A DNA stretch of 64,000 bases from Candidatus Woesearchaeota archaeon (GTDB lineage Archaea > Nanobdellota > Nanobdellia > Pacearchaeales > GW2011-AR1), in contig CAYHPN010000003.1 of assembly GCA_964358765.1 (NCBI GenBank), positions 43,327 through 107,326 on the forward strand. The letters are read 5' to 3'. Position numbers and translations under genes: made by a program. Under the pieces are notes generated by a model. That model did not search any database. It saw nothing but the letters and a program-made list of their open reading frames with translations, and was not told the DNA's origin. This document shows, piece after piece, positions 19,098-28,886 of the stretch; positions within the stretch are counted from its first letter, which is position 1; each line of letters opens with the position of its first letter.

Positions 19098-20242
19098 TTT
19101 TTTCCTCCATCGATCTTCAGATGATTGATTAAATTATTAAATACATTCTCAATTTTACTATCGTCTCCTGCTTTAGAATTCTCAAGTTCCCAAATATAAC
19201 CATTATTGTCTCTTATTATTGCACTTTCTAGTTTTTCTTTTTTTAATTCAAAGTTATACTGTCCTAAATCTCTTCTTTCTATCTGTTTTTCATTTAATCC
19301 TCGTTCACTAAGTCTTTTATTTCTAGAATATTTATCTGCATGTACTAATACTATATTATTATTGCATAGATAGGACATATCAGTTTCAGCTATTAGTGCT
19401 GCATTAATTAAAATAAGCCCCTTTTTATCAGATATTTCTCTTCTCAACCTAACCAACATAGATTGCTGCATTATCTCATTTAATTTTTTTAATTTAATGC
19501 CGTCATTAAAAACAATTTCTCCTAATGCTTTTCTATTTATAAATCCATTTTCAAGTTTGACACTTTCTCCAAATTCTTGAATAATTTCGTTTCTAACTTG
19601 CATATATCTCGGATTTTTGAGTTTTCCTAATATCTCGTGTCCAATATTATCTAGTTCAATATTATGAACTGCTAATCCTTTTTGGTTTCCTATTTCAACA
19701 AATTTTTTTGAGACAAAAGATTTACCAGATCCCATTTCTCCAGTTATTCCTATAATGTATTGTGATGACAATTTTTCTTCCAGTTTTTGTTTTACACATA
19801 TTGGAACATATTCTCTTATATTGCCTTGGTATTTTTGCAATGATTTTACTACACTAGAGCTAAAATGCGCAAAGTCGGGTCTTGCAAACAAAACATAGCT
19901 GTCTATTCCAAGTTTCTGACTTTCTCCAATCTGATGAAGCATTTTCTCATAATCAAAATCTTTTGAATCTCTTGCTCCTTTAACTACCACATTAATTCCC
20001 TTTTCAAAAGCATAATCAACCAGAAGTCCATTAAATGATTCAACTTTAACATTTCTTAATTTGCTTAATGATTTTTCTGCCATATTGACTCTTTCTTCTA
20101 AAGAAAAAGTATAATCTTTCTTTTCAGGATTAACTCCGATCGCTACGATAATTTCATCAAAAGCTTTGGCTGCTCGTGCTATAACATCAATATGCCCATA
20201 ATGAATTGGATCAAGACTTGCTGCGTAAATTGCTTGTGTCAT
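19094..20242 (-). CDS. coaD: Bifunctional phosphopantetheine adenylyltransferase / dephospho-CoA kinase (CoaD-CoaE fusion)
   Basis: N-terminal DPIHYGH, FSLEERV, SSSVVK; C-terminal GITGEMGSGKS P-loop, INRKALGEIVF. Confidence 0.85.
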   Translation of the reverse strand: MTQAIYAASLDPIHYGHIDVIARAAKAFDEIIVAIGVNPEKKDYTFSLEERVNMAEKSLSKLRNVKVESFNGLLVDYAFEKGINVVVKGARDSKDFDYEKMLHQIGESQKLGIDSYVLFARPDFAHFSSSVVKSLQKYQGNIREYVPICVKQKLEEKLSSQYIIGITGEMGSGKSFVSKKFVEIGNQKGLAVHNIELDNIGHEILGKLKNPRYMQVRNEIIQEFGESVKLENGFINRKALGEIVFNDGIKLKKLNEIMQQSMLVRLRREISDKKGLILINAALIAETDMSYLCNNNIVLVHADKYSRNKRLSERGLNEKQIERRDLGQYNFELKKEKLESAIIRDNNGYIWELENSKAGDDSKIENVFNNLINHLKIDGGKK

Positions 20243-20245
20243 TTT

Positions 20246-20485
20246 TTATCCTGACTCCGCATATGCCTGTGCAAGTTCTTTCAATTTAATTAATTCTAAG
20301 TTAATATTTTTAGTAAGAGTATTTTCCAGATTTCTAAAAGTTCTTTGGTTTGAAGGATCTAATTTATCATATAATGTTGTTTTTATTAATTCAATAAGTT
20401 CATATGGTTCTTTCTCCCATTTTTTGTTCCACTCATTTTGAGTAATGTAATTATTTCCTATATTTCCGTTTAATCCTAAGCTCAT
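20246..20485 (-). CDS. Small hypothetical protein leading the coaDE operon
   Basis: 79 aa; GGAGG SD upstream. Confidence 0.5.
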   Translation of the reverse strand: MSLGLNGNIGNNYITQNEWNKKWEKEPYELIELIKTTLYDKLDPSNQRTFRNLENTLTKNINLELIKLKELAQAYAESG

Positions 20486-20609
20486 TTTTTCATTCCTCCA
20501 ATGATATTTTGCTTTGTCATGCCAAATAGAGCATAAAACATAATATAAGATCTATTACTTAAAATTGTATAAAAAAGGGAAAATTTATATACTATTTACC
20601 TTATTTTAA

Positions 20610-20817
20610 TATATAGTAAATTATAACGAAAATAATTTCCTATGGAAATATAGTTATTTTATACGAAGTAAATTCGTCTAAAATAAAATTTATAGAAAAT
20701 TTGTAAAATTTTCTAATCCGACAATTTTGTATTAAAAATTAAAAAATTGTCGATATGAGAAGTTTGCTTTCGAATAAATTACTAAATGTGCTTTAGCACC
20801 CATGCCTGTTAAGGCAT
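20610..20817 (+). mobile_element. Family 1 structured dispersed element, copy A
   Basis: TATATAGTAAATTATAAC...TTTCC-TAT-GGAAA...TATTTT-stem-GTAAA-stem-AAAATA...TAAATTACTAAATGTGC..GCAC..TGCC..GGCAT; flanks TATTTTAA/TATCTTAA. Strand label is relative orientation only. Confidence 0.85.
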
Positions 20818-20829
20818 TATCTTAATAAT

Positions 20830-21789
20830 ATGGACTTGATAGATAAAAAAATACTCTGCGAACTTGATATTAATTGTAGAACTCCCTATAGTAAAATAGC
20901 AAAGAAACTTCGGATTGGAAGAAATGTATTTGATTATAGAGTTAAAAAATTAGAAAAAGAGAGTGTTATTACTAATTACATTTGTTCAATTAATCTTGGA
21001 AAATTAGGCTATAATACTTATAAGATATACTTTAAAATTAAGTCATCTAATATTGATAAAGAAAAGAGGTTTATTAATTTTATACTGGAAGATAAGAGAG
21101 CAATACACTTTCTCAAAACCGAAGGATCTTTCGATTATACTATTGCAGTTGCTGTGAAAGATATAAAGGAGCTAGATGAATTTATCTCTGAGTTAAGGGA
21201 TAATTTTAATGAAATAATAAATGACTATATGATAAGCATAGTTGTTTTTTCCAGAATTTTTAAATTGCATAAATTATTATTAAAAGAAAACAAAGAAATC
21301 ATTAAATTTGACAAATATGATAATAATAAAGATCAAATAACCTTAGATGATAAAGATAAAGTAATTTTAAAGACGCTTTCAAATAATGCAAAATTATCAA
21401 TCGTAGCATTATCGGAAGTAACGGGTTTAAGTATAGATATAATAAAATATAGGTTAAAGATTTTATCTAGTACTATTATAAGTTCATTTCGAATGATTCC
21501 GGATATAAATAAATTGGGTTTCTTTCATTATGTTGCTATGCTAAAAATTAGGAATTCTTCTATAAATGAAGAAAAAAACTTTGTAAATTGGTGCGCTAAT
21601 AAGTATAATATAATGTACTTAACAAAAAGAATTGGTTATTTTGATTATGAGCTTAACTTTGCTATTATGGATATTAAAGAACTAAACTCTTTTATCTCAG
21701 AACTAAAATTAAATTTCAATAATATTATAGATTCTTATGAACTCATAATAAATAGCAACTTGCTAAAATTAAATTATCTTCCTTTTTAA
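20830..21789 (+). CDS. Tandem Lrp/AsnC transcriptional regulator
   Basis: Two HTH-Lrp units (DLIDKKILCEL..; DDKDKVILKTL..). Confidence 0.88.
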   Translation: MDLIDKKILCELDINCRTPYSKIAKKLRIGRNVFDYRVKKLEKESVITNYICSINLGKLGYNTYKIYFKIKSSNIDKEKRFINFILEDKRAIHFLKTEGSFDYTIAVAVKDIKELDEFISELRDNFNEIINDYMISIVVFSRIFKLHKLLLKENKEIIKFDKYDNNKDQITLDDKDKVILKTLSNNAKLSIVALSEVTGLSIDIIKYRLKILSSTIISSFRMIPDINKLGFFHYVAMLKIRNSSINEEKNFVNWCANKYNIMYLTKRIGYFDYELNFAIMDIKELNSFISELKLNFNNIIDSYELIINSNLLKLNYLPF

Positions 21790-21793
21790 TAAA

Positions 21794-22585
21794 TCAGATA
21801 ATTTTTAAAAATAATAAAATCTCCATAACTATAGATAATGATAAGGCATAAACCCCAAACCATCTTAAATTTTTCTTCTTAGTCAATACATAGCCCATAA
21901 GTAAATGAATAGTAATTAAACCAATTATAAAAGAAATTAAAGTTGGGATAAACATTTCTGGAGGAATATTTCCCCTCCCTAGTTCTATTAAATTTGCCCC
22001 CAGTATTGCAGGAATTGACATTAAAAATGAAAATTTAATTGCATCTTTCTCTCTTAATCCAGTTAATAATCCTGCAGAAATAGTAGTTCCACTTCTTGAT
22101 ATTCCAGGAAATAAAGCAATAACTTGAGAACATCCAATTAAAAGTGCTTTGCCATATCCAAATTTCCGATTCTTATTATTTTTAAATTCAAGAGATCCAA
22201 TAAAAAGAACAATTGCAGTAATTGCAAAACCAACTGCTACTATAGCTAAACTGGAGAAAGCACTCTCAAATATTTTTCTAAACAATAAACCTATAACTGC
22301 AGAAGGAATTGTTGCTACTAAAACCATTAAACCTAATTTTCCTTTTTCGCTCTTCCATTTTCCTTTAAGTAAATTTTCAATTATATCAACTATATCTTTT
22401 CCAAAGTAAACAAAAACAGCCATTAAAGTTCCAAAATGCAATGCAACATCAAATTCTATCCCCCCTCCCTTAAATCCTAAAATTTTCTCAAATAATACTA
22501 AATGTCCAGAGCTTGAAATAGGCAGCCATTCAGTTGCTCCCTGAATTATTGCCAGTATTAAAGATTTAACAAATTCACTAATCAT
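21794..22585 (-). CDS. uppP: Undecaprenyl-diphosphate phosphatase (BacA)
   Basis: QGATEWLPISSSGHL, PGISRSGTT. Confidence 0.93.
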   Translation of the reverse strand: MISEFVKSLILAIIQGATEWLPISSSGHLVLFEKILGFKGGGIEFDVALHFGTLMAVFVYFGKDIVDIIENLLKGKWKSEKGKLGLMVLVATIPSAVIGLLFRKIFESAFSSLAIVAVGFAITAIVLFIGSLEFKNNKNRKFGYGKALLIGCSQVIALFPGISRSGTTISAGLLTGLREKDAIKFSFLMSIPAILGANLIELGRGNIPPEMFIPTLISFIIGLITIHLLMGYVLTKKKNLRWFGVYALSLSIVMEILLFLKII

Positions 22586-22636
22586 TTTAAAATTAAAAAA
22601 CAGCCATTAATAAAATTAATTATCCTCTTTTATGCT

Positions 22637-23773
22637 TTAACATCCTTGCAAATAAGCTTTAATTCCATTTTTAACATCTTCCACAGTTCCTTCATCTTGA
22701 TAATACTTTTTGATAAACTCGTCTAATTCCTCTTTTTGTATGCAATTATCACAAGGTTTTTTGTCTGCATTTGTTCTGCATTGCACGCAGACATCACTTT
22801 CCTCATAACAACTTTGGTCTGTTTTGCACGAATTTTCTCCTTTTATGCAACCCTTGCCTGAATCGCAAATTTCTTTTCCATCACAAAATAAAGAATTTGA
22901 ACAAAAGTCGTTTTCTGGTTTATGTTCAACAATATCTTTTTCTTCATTACAGCTATCAAATGTGCAATAAATATTATCATTAGTTTCTATAGTGCTATTA
23001 ACACATCCTAAATATGAATTGCAAATTTCCTCGCCATTGCAGAATACTCCATCTGAACATTTTTCATTTGAATTTTCATGCACTATTATATCTAAATTTT
23101 CATCACAATAGTCTATAGTACACTCTATTTTATCCATTAAATTTAATTTTTCTCTTTCACATTTACCTACTCTACAAAATTCTAAACCATTACAATATAA
23201 ATTGTCCTGACAATCTGAGTCTATGCTGCATTCTTTAACGCCGCAATATCTTGTATCAATTTTACAATCGCTTCCACATATTAAATCTCCAATATCATAT
23301 GAATTGCTATACAAATTACATTTTCCGTAAAACTGGTCAAAATCATCTCTGTCACATTCTTCTTCTTTTTCTCTTATTCCATTTCCGCATATAAATCCCT
23401 GGATTTTTTCAGGAGGACTATAAACTACATTGTCTGCAGAACTATACCCGCTGTCGCCCTGGGAATTTCCTACAGGTACGCTCCCTCCTGTTTTACTTCT
23501 GTATTCATAAACAATTTTATCTTTATTTATATCAATTTCAGCATTATATTCTTTATTCAACTGGGGAGTTCTAATTGAAAATTTCTGAATTAAATTTATC
23601 CCAAAAGTTTCCACTTTATTTTTAATAATCTGCCCATAATAATTTTGACTTAAATATATTGTTAAGAATGATAATACAACTACCACAAAAATAACGCCCA
23701 AAACATTGAATGAATCAAATTCCTGTCTGAATCTTAAATACTTGCTTTTTATTGGATATGCCTCTTCTCCCAT
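22637..23773 (-). CDS. Membrane-anchored Cys-rich repeat surface protein
   Basis: TM helix, CGNG..E..EECD, then three repeats of C.D..(Y/F)C(N/D)G.E.C with CT.D.C.E. Confidence 0.75.
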   Translation of the reverse strand: MGEEAYPIKSKYLRFRQEFDSFNVLGVIFVVVVLSFLTIYLSQNYYGQIIKNKVETFGINLIQKFSIRTPQLNKEYNAEIDINKDKIVYEYRSKTGGSVPVGNSQGDSGYSSADNVVYSPPEKIQGFICGNGIREKEEECDRDDFDQFYGKCNLYSNSYDIGDLICGSDCKIDTRYCGVKECSIDSDCQDNLYCNGLEFCRVGKCEREKLNLMDKIECTIDYCDENLDIIVHENSNEKCSDGVFCNGEEICNSYLGCVNSTIETNDNIYCTFDSCNEEKDIVEHKPENDFCSNSLFCDGKEICDSGKGCIKGENSCKTDQSCYEESDVCVQCRTNADKKPCDNCIQKEELDEFIKKYYQDEGTVEDVKNGIKAYLQGC

Positions 23774-23812
23774 TAATTTAATAGCTTTTATAGATTTATA
23801 ATTATATTCAAT

Positions 23813-26707
23813 TTAGATAATTCCATAAACATATTCGTTGCAAAATTCACAGTTTTTTTCAATTTCACAAGCCTTAAAACCATTTAAATAAGATTTTTTT
23901 ATCTCGCCTGCAGTTTCAATTAACTCTTTTTCGATGTCATAAATATTAAATGTAACTTTTTTATTTATTACTTCAATAGCGTTTCCTTTATCGTCAATTT
24001 CAAATTCTATTGGTTTTTCCTGTTTTAGCATATCAAGAGTAACTTTTCTTACTTTTCCAAATTTAGCCGCGGCCAAAGCATAATATCCTAATTGAAAATC
24101 TCTATCTTTTCCATATATTGGGCTCTTTCCAGTTTTATAATCAACAATACCTATGCCTTTATCAAGGAAATCAATTCTATCAGCATATCCTATAAAATTA
24201 AATTCTCCATGTTTCATTTTTAGACATTGTTCAGTAAGAGATTTTTCATTATATCTTCCTTTATTTCTCTCAAAAAATATCCTTAGTAAAAATATGGTTT
24301 CTTCTAGATCAACGCTTTTCCAATCGTCTTCTATAATTAATTCTCTTGCCAAATCTATGAAGTCTTTAATACTTAAGATATTTTTTTTTACTCCTAATTC
24401 TAAAATATAATGAACAAACGAACCAAGCTGCATTGCTTCCCATGAAAATGTCTTTTTCTCAGGCATATTAAATACATATTTGTATTCAAATGTTTTCTGG
24501 CAATTTAAAAAAGTCAATAATGATGAGGGGGATAAAAATTTTTCATAAAATTTCTCACTGTCAGTAATTTTTTCAGCAGAGATTATTTTCACATTTTTTT
24601 CTATTTCAATATACTTTCTATCTTTATCTTTTATTAATTCTATATCTTTGTTTTCCATAAAATTTATTTCATCTAAAAATCTAGAATTCGCAAATTTCTT
24701 TCCACCATATTCATTTGCAAAAGTCAATATTAATCTCTCTTTAGATCTAGTAAAACTTACATAACAAAGTCTCCTTTCTTCAGCTATTTGATTTTCTAAC
24801 TGATAGTTGTAATAATTTTCCTTTAGATCTATACAATCTGGCAGCAATTCGGCGGGGATTAAGAAATTTTCACTTATTCTTAGAAGGGGAAATTTCTTCT
24901 CAACCATGTTTGTTAATATTATTATTTTAAATTCTAGACCCTTAGTAGAATGCGAGGTCATTATTCTTATTCCTTTTTCTTCTAAATCTGCAGCATCTAT
25001 TTCTATACCTAATTTTTCGATTATCTCTAAATAATACAAAAATCCTTCAAGAGTTGATTCATACAACTCTCCATTTAATTTGCCAAGTTCTCTAAACTTA
25101 TTTAAATTCATTAAAATTTCTTTATTATTGTACTCAGTATTTACAAGTCCTAGAACACGATAAACTTCCTGTATAAAACCTTCAATGTTTTTAATTTCAA
25201 AATTAGATAAAATCTTTATTCTTTCTTTTATGATTAAAAGGAGACTTTTTCCAATTGGGGTTAATTTCAAATCATTTTCTTTGTTTAAAATTAAGACATT
25301 TAAATCTTCTTTTTCATTTTTCTTTAAAAAAGTTCCTATATTGCTTAGGTCTTCTCCTTTCATTCCAGAATTGTAGAAAATATCCCACCATAACTCCTTA
25401 TTACTTTGTTTTTTCTTTAACTTTCCTATTAAAGACATGTAATTAACCGCTAATTTTATCGAGGTTTGCTTTAATAGTGAATTCTTTCCAACACTTGTAT
25501 ATTCTATCTTTCTTTCTTCAAGCATCTTTTTTACTAGTCTTGTTTGCTGATGAGTTCTGAACATAATGCAGATTTCCTCTTTTCCTGTTCCTTTCTTTAT
25601 TTCTTCTTCAATGATCTCTATAATTTTTCTAGCTTCCTCTTTTCCATCAAGCATTTCATATACTCTTATTTTATCTCCCTCTCGCCCATGTGCATTCTCA
25701 ACAAAAAAACAATCGCTTTTATTTTTATAGTTATTAGTTATTAAATTATGGGCGTTCCTTAAAACCTTATTTGGAGACCTATATGAAAGATCTAAATTAT
25801 AAATATCTTCATTAGTCACATTAAAATAATTCTTAAAGATCTCTAGATTGTTTTTATAGGCTCCTCTAAATCTATATATTGATTGATTTAGATCTCCAAC
25901 AACCATTAAGTTTCCATTTTTAGCTAATTCAAATAATAATCCAATTTGAACTTTGTTTGTATCTTGAAATTCGTCGATAATTATATAATCAAATTTTTTG
26001 CCAATTTCAGTATTTTCTTTTAGTAATTTTATTGCTAATAGGTTCAAATCAGAATAATCTAGAGAATTTTTTCTTTCTTTTAATTTTTCATATCCTTTCC
26101 AAATTTTGATAAATCTATTTATTTCTATTATTTGTGTTAAATCATTTATTTTTTCAAGCAGATTTCTCTTATCTTCTTTTTTTCCCCTTAGATGCATAGT
26201 CTGCAAAACAAAATGCAGATTTTCCAACTCCTTCTTTATTTTTTCTTCATTTCTTCCATTTATTTTACTATCTAGGAATTTTTCATAATCTTTTATACTT
26301 ACTCCCAGATCTTTTGCAGTTCCTATAGCTGAAATATATTTATAGCAATGTGCGGCATCTAATTTAAAACTACTATGTAATAATATCTTACCTGCATCCG
26401 GATCTAAAATGCTAAAATCTTTATTTATTCCTATTTTATCTCCAAATTCTCTTAGCAAGTATGCGGAAAATGAATGAAAGGTCTTTATTATTGGTTCGCG
26501 TGTATTTTCAAAATCAATAAATCTCCTTACTCTATTTAGCAAATTATTTGCCGCTTCGTTTGAAAAAGTAATGCAGGCTATTCTTTCAGGAGAGTATATA
26601 TTATTATTTATGAGATATTTTACCTTTTCTACAATAGTGTAAGTCTTTCCCGTACCTGCTCCAGCCATGACTACACAAGGCCCTTTTACTTTTTCTATTA
26701 AATTCAT
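23813..26707 (-). CDS. UvrD/REP SF1 helicase fused to PD-(D/E)XK nuclease
   Basis: AGAGTGKT, DEFQD, VGDLNQSIYRFRGA, HSTKGLEF, EERRLCYV; C-terminal GYADRID..VDYKTG, QL..Y and four Cys. Confidence 0.9.
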   Translation of the reverse strand: MNLIEKVKGPCVVMAGAGTGKTYTIVEKVKYLINNNIYSPERIACITFSNEAANNLLNRVRRFIDFENTREPIIKTFHSFSAYLLREFGDKIGINKDFSILDPDAGKILLHSSFKLDAAHCYKYISAIGTAKDLGVSIKDYEKFLDSKINGRNEEKIKKELENLHFVLQTMHLRGKKEDKRNLLEKINDLTQIIEINRFIKIWKGYEKLKERKNSLDYSDLNLLAIKLLKENTEIGKKFDYIIIDEFQDTNKVQIGLLFELAKNGNLMVVGDLNQSIYRFRGAYKNNLEIFKNYFNVTNEDIYNLDLSYRSPNKVLRNAHNLITNNYKNKSDCFFVENAHGREGDKIRVYEMLDGKEEARKIIEIIEEEIKKGTGKEEICIMFRTHQQTRLVKKMLEERKIEYTSVGKNSLLKQTSIKLAVNYMSLIGKLKKKQSNKELWWDIFYNSGMKGEDLSNIGTFLKKNEKEDLNVLILNKENDLKLTPIGKSLLLIIKERIKILSNFEIKNIEGFIQEVYRVLGLVNTEYNNKEILMNLNKFRELGKLNGELYESTLEGFLYYLEIIEKLGIEIDAADLEEKGIRIMTSHSTKGLEFKIIILTNMVEKKFPLLRISENFLIPAELLPDCIDLKENYYNYQLENQIAEERRLCYVSFTRSKERLILTFANEYGGKKFANSRFLDEINFMENKDIELIKDKDRKYIEIEKNVKIISAEKITDSEKFYEKFLSPSSLLTFLNCQKTFEYKYVFNMPEKKTFSWEAMQLGSFVHYILELGVKKNILSIKDFIDLARELIIEDDWKSVDLEETIFLLRIFFERNKGRYNEKSLTEQCLKMKHGEFNFIGYADRIDFLDKGIGIVDYKTGKSPIYGKDRDFQLGYYALAAAKFGKVRKVTLDMLKQEKPIEFEIDDKGNAIEVINKKVTFNIYDIEKELIETAGEIKKSYLNGFKACEIEKNCEFCNEYVYGII

Positions 26708-26792
26708 ATTTTGAAGCAGAATTTTATAGTTATAATATTTTCTATCTTGAAGATATGGCAAAGCTTATAAAATAATTTTGTTTTGTTCTTCA

Positions 26793-27434
26793 ATGAATAA
26801 AGAAGTTTATTATGTAAAGTCGTTAGAAGAAGATTTTGCAACTAAAACTATTAAAAATAAGAAGAAAGTAATATTTCAGACAATTGAAAATATAATTAAA
26901 ACAAAAAATATAAAACCAAATACAAAAAGTTTTGGAAGAGAAAAACGTTTATCTTGCACTGTCCTTAGTAAAAATTATACAAAGACTTATCGTCCACATG
27001 GAATAATTTTTCAAACCTTGCAGAAACCAGATCATATTCTACCATTCGATTTAGTTTTACTAAGTGCAACAGATAACATCATAGTTCATTATTACAGAAT
27101 AAAGAACAATCTTCATATATATTATAATCATTCATTAATTAATGGATTTGAAAAATTCTTTTTTAAAGATTTTAATTCATTGTTAAATAAATACTCTTCT
27201 CCTTTAATTGCATGGAAAGAAGTAAATAAATTTAGAAAACAAAATGGATATAACGCTCTTCCAAAGAATAAATTTCGTTTAGCAGAATATAACGAAGCAG
27301 TTTTTTATAAATCGATTAAAATTAAACCAATTGCAATTTATGGTTATCTTCCAGAAACAATTAAAATAGCTAGAGAGTTAAATCTACCTCGTTTTATTTC
27401 AGCTAAGCAATTTTTCAATAAAATTAATAATTAA
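26793..27434 (+). CDS. Hypothetical protein
   Basis: Basic ORF; RLSCT..TY...GIIF and EYNEAVF patterns; function unassigned. Confidence 0.6.
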   Translation: MNKEVYYVKSLEEDFATKTIKNKKKVIFQTIENIIKTKNIKPNTKSFGREKRLSCTVLSKNYTKTYRPHGIIFQTLQKPDHILPFDLVLLSATDNIIVHYYRIKNNLHIYYNHSLINGFEKFFFKDFNSLLNKYSSPLIAWKEVNKFRKQNGYNALPKNKFRLAEYNEAVFYKSIKIKPIAIYGYLPETIKIARELNLPRFISAKQFFNKINN

Positions 27435-27435
27435 A

Positions 27436-27660
27436 TCATCTAGTAAAAACCCAAAATCCTAGTAAAATTAAAACAATCAATATCACGATTATCAGGATAA
27501 TCCAATTTCTTTTTCTATCTCTTTTTTCTCTTTCCTTTCTTTCATAATATTCATTATATCCTTCTTTGATATCTCTTTTTCTTTCATCATCAAGCTTTAA
27601 AGTTACATTTTTCCCATAAGTAAAACTTTTTAGCCCTCCTGTTGCAACAGATTCTGCCAT
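27436..27660 (-). CDS. Small C-terminally anchored membrane protein
   Basis: 74 aa, charged helix and C-terminal TM. Confidence 0.6.
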   Translation of the reverse strand: MAESVATGGLKSFTYGKNVTLKLDDERKRDIKEGYNEYYERKEREKRDRKRNWIILIIVILIVLILLGFWVFTR

Positions 27661-27732
27661 ATTTTTAAATCAAGTAGTAAGTTTATATTATTTTCTATCC
27701 ATTTGGTTTTTAAACCCATTTTATCACATCAT

Positions 27733-28833
27733 ATGATGGAAAAACAAAAAACAGTAGTAATAGGTTTATCTGGAGGAGTAGATTCAGCTGTAGCGGCTCT
27801 CCTATTAAAAAAACAAGGGTATAATGTAATGGGGATATTCATGAAAAACTTTTCAGATACTAAAGATCCCATTACTGGCGAATGTTCTTATCTAGAAGAG
27901 AGAAAAATGGCTCAAAAAATAGCGGCAATACTAGAAATTCCTTTTGTAACACTGGACTATGAAAAGAAATATAAAAAAGAAGTAATTAGTTATTTGTTCA
28001 AGTCATATAAACAAGGTTTTACGCCTAACCCTGATATTCTGTGCAATAAAACAATTAAATTTCCCGCTTTATTGAAAATTGCAAAGAAACTGAAAGCAGA
28101 GTATATAGCAACAGGCCATTATGCTAAGATTAGTAAAACAAAGAAAGGTTTTAATTTATATAGGCCAAAGGATGATTTTAAAGATCAGACTTATTTCCTT
28201 TCAGACTTATCTCAAAAAGACCTTTCTCACACTATTTTTCCTCTCAACAAGATTACTAAATCAAGGGTTAGAGAGATTGCAAAGAAGAACAAATTTCCAA
28301 ACTGGGATAAACATGGCACTAGGGGAATATGCTTTATTGGAAAATTAGATTTCAAATCTTTCCTAAAAAATAAAATAAAAGAAAAGCAGGGGAAAGTTCT
28401 TTCACAGAATGGTAAAGTTATAGGAACTCATCCAGGAATATACTATTTTACAATAGGGGAGAGAGCGGGTGAAAGTAAAAATATAATTATAAATCAAGAC
28501 TATAAAAAACAAAATTCATCAACAAAATTATACATCGCAAAAAAGATAATAAATAAAAATATTCTTGTAATCGCACCTCGAGGAGATCCAAGTTTACTAA
28601 CAAAAGCAATTAAAGTAAATAATTTGCATCTGATTAATCCTAAGGAAAAAATTCCAGTTAATTTAAAGGTAAAAATTCGCCATATGGGTAAACTTTTATC
28701 AGGAAAATTAAAAAAATTTAACAGTAATTTTACTTTTAATTTCTCTACACCTCAGGAAGGTGTTGCACCTGGACAATTTATAGTCTTTTATTCTAAAGAT
28801 AAAGTCTTAGGCTGCGGCGAAATTAGAATATAA
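27733..28833 (+). CDS. mnmA: tRNA 2-thiouridylase MnmA (bacterial type)
   Basis: SGGVDS PP-loop, TPNPDILCN, IATGHY, KDQTYFL, GICF, VAPGQ. Confidence 0.93.
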   Translation: MMEKQKTVVIGLSGGVDSAVAALLLKKQGYNVMGIFMKNFSDTKDPITGECSYLEERKMAQKIAAILEIPFVTLDYEKKYKKEVISYLFKSYKQGFTPNPDILCNKTIKFPALLKIAKKLKAEYIATGHYAKISKTKKGFNLYRPKDDFKDQTYFLSDLSQKDLSHTIFPLNKITKSRVREIAKKNKFPNWDKHGTRGICFIGKLDFKSFLKNKIKEKQGKVLSQNGKVIGTHPGIYYFTIGERAGESKNIIINQDYKKQNSSTKLYIAKKIINKNILVIAPRGDPSLLTKAIKVNNLHLINPKEKIPVNLKVKIRHMGKLLSGKLKKFNSNFTFNFSTPQEGVAPGQFIVFYSKDKVLGCGEIRI

Positions 28834-28886
28834 AAGTTATTTTATATTAACTATATGTTTTTATATTAAACAACCATTATTCCATC

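Noticed and set aside
20610..20817. Family 1 element as a group I or group II intron
   Set aside because: ATATAGTT resembles the group I S element but has no P7 partner and lies at the wrong end; no group II domain V; copies as short as 125-147 bp
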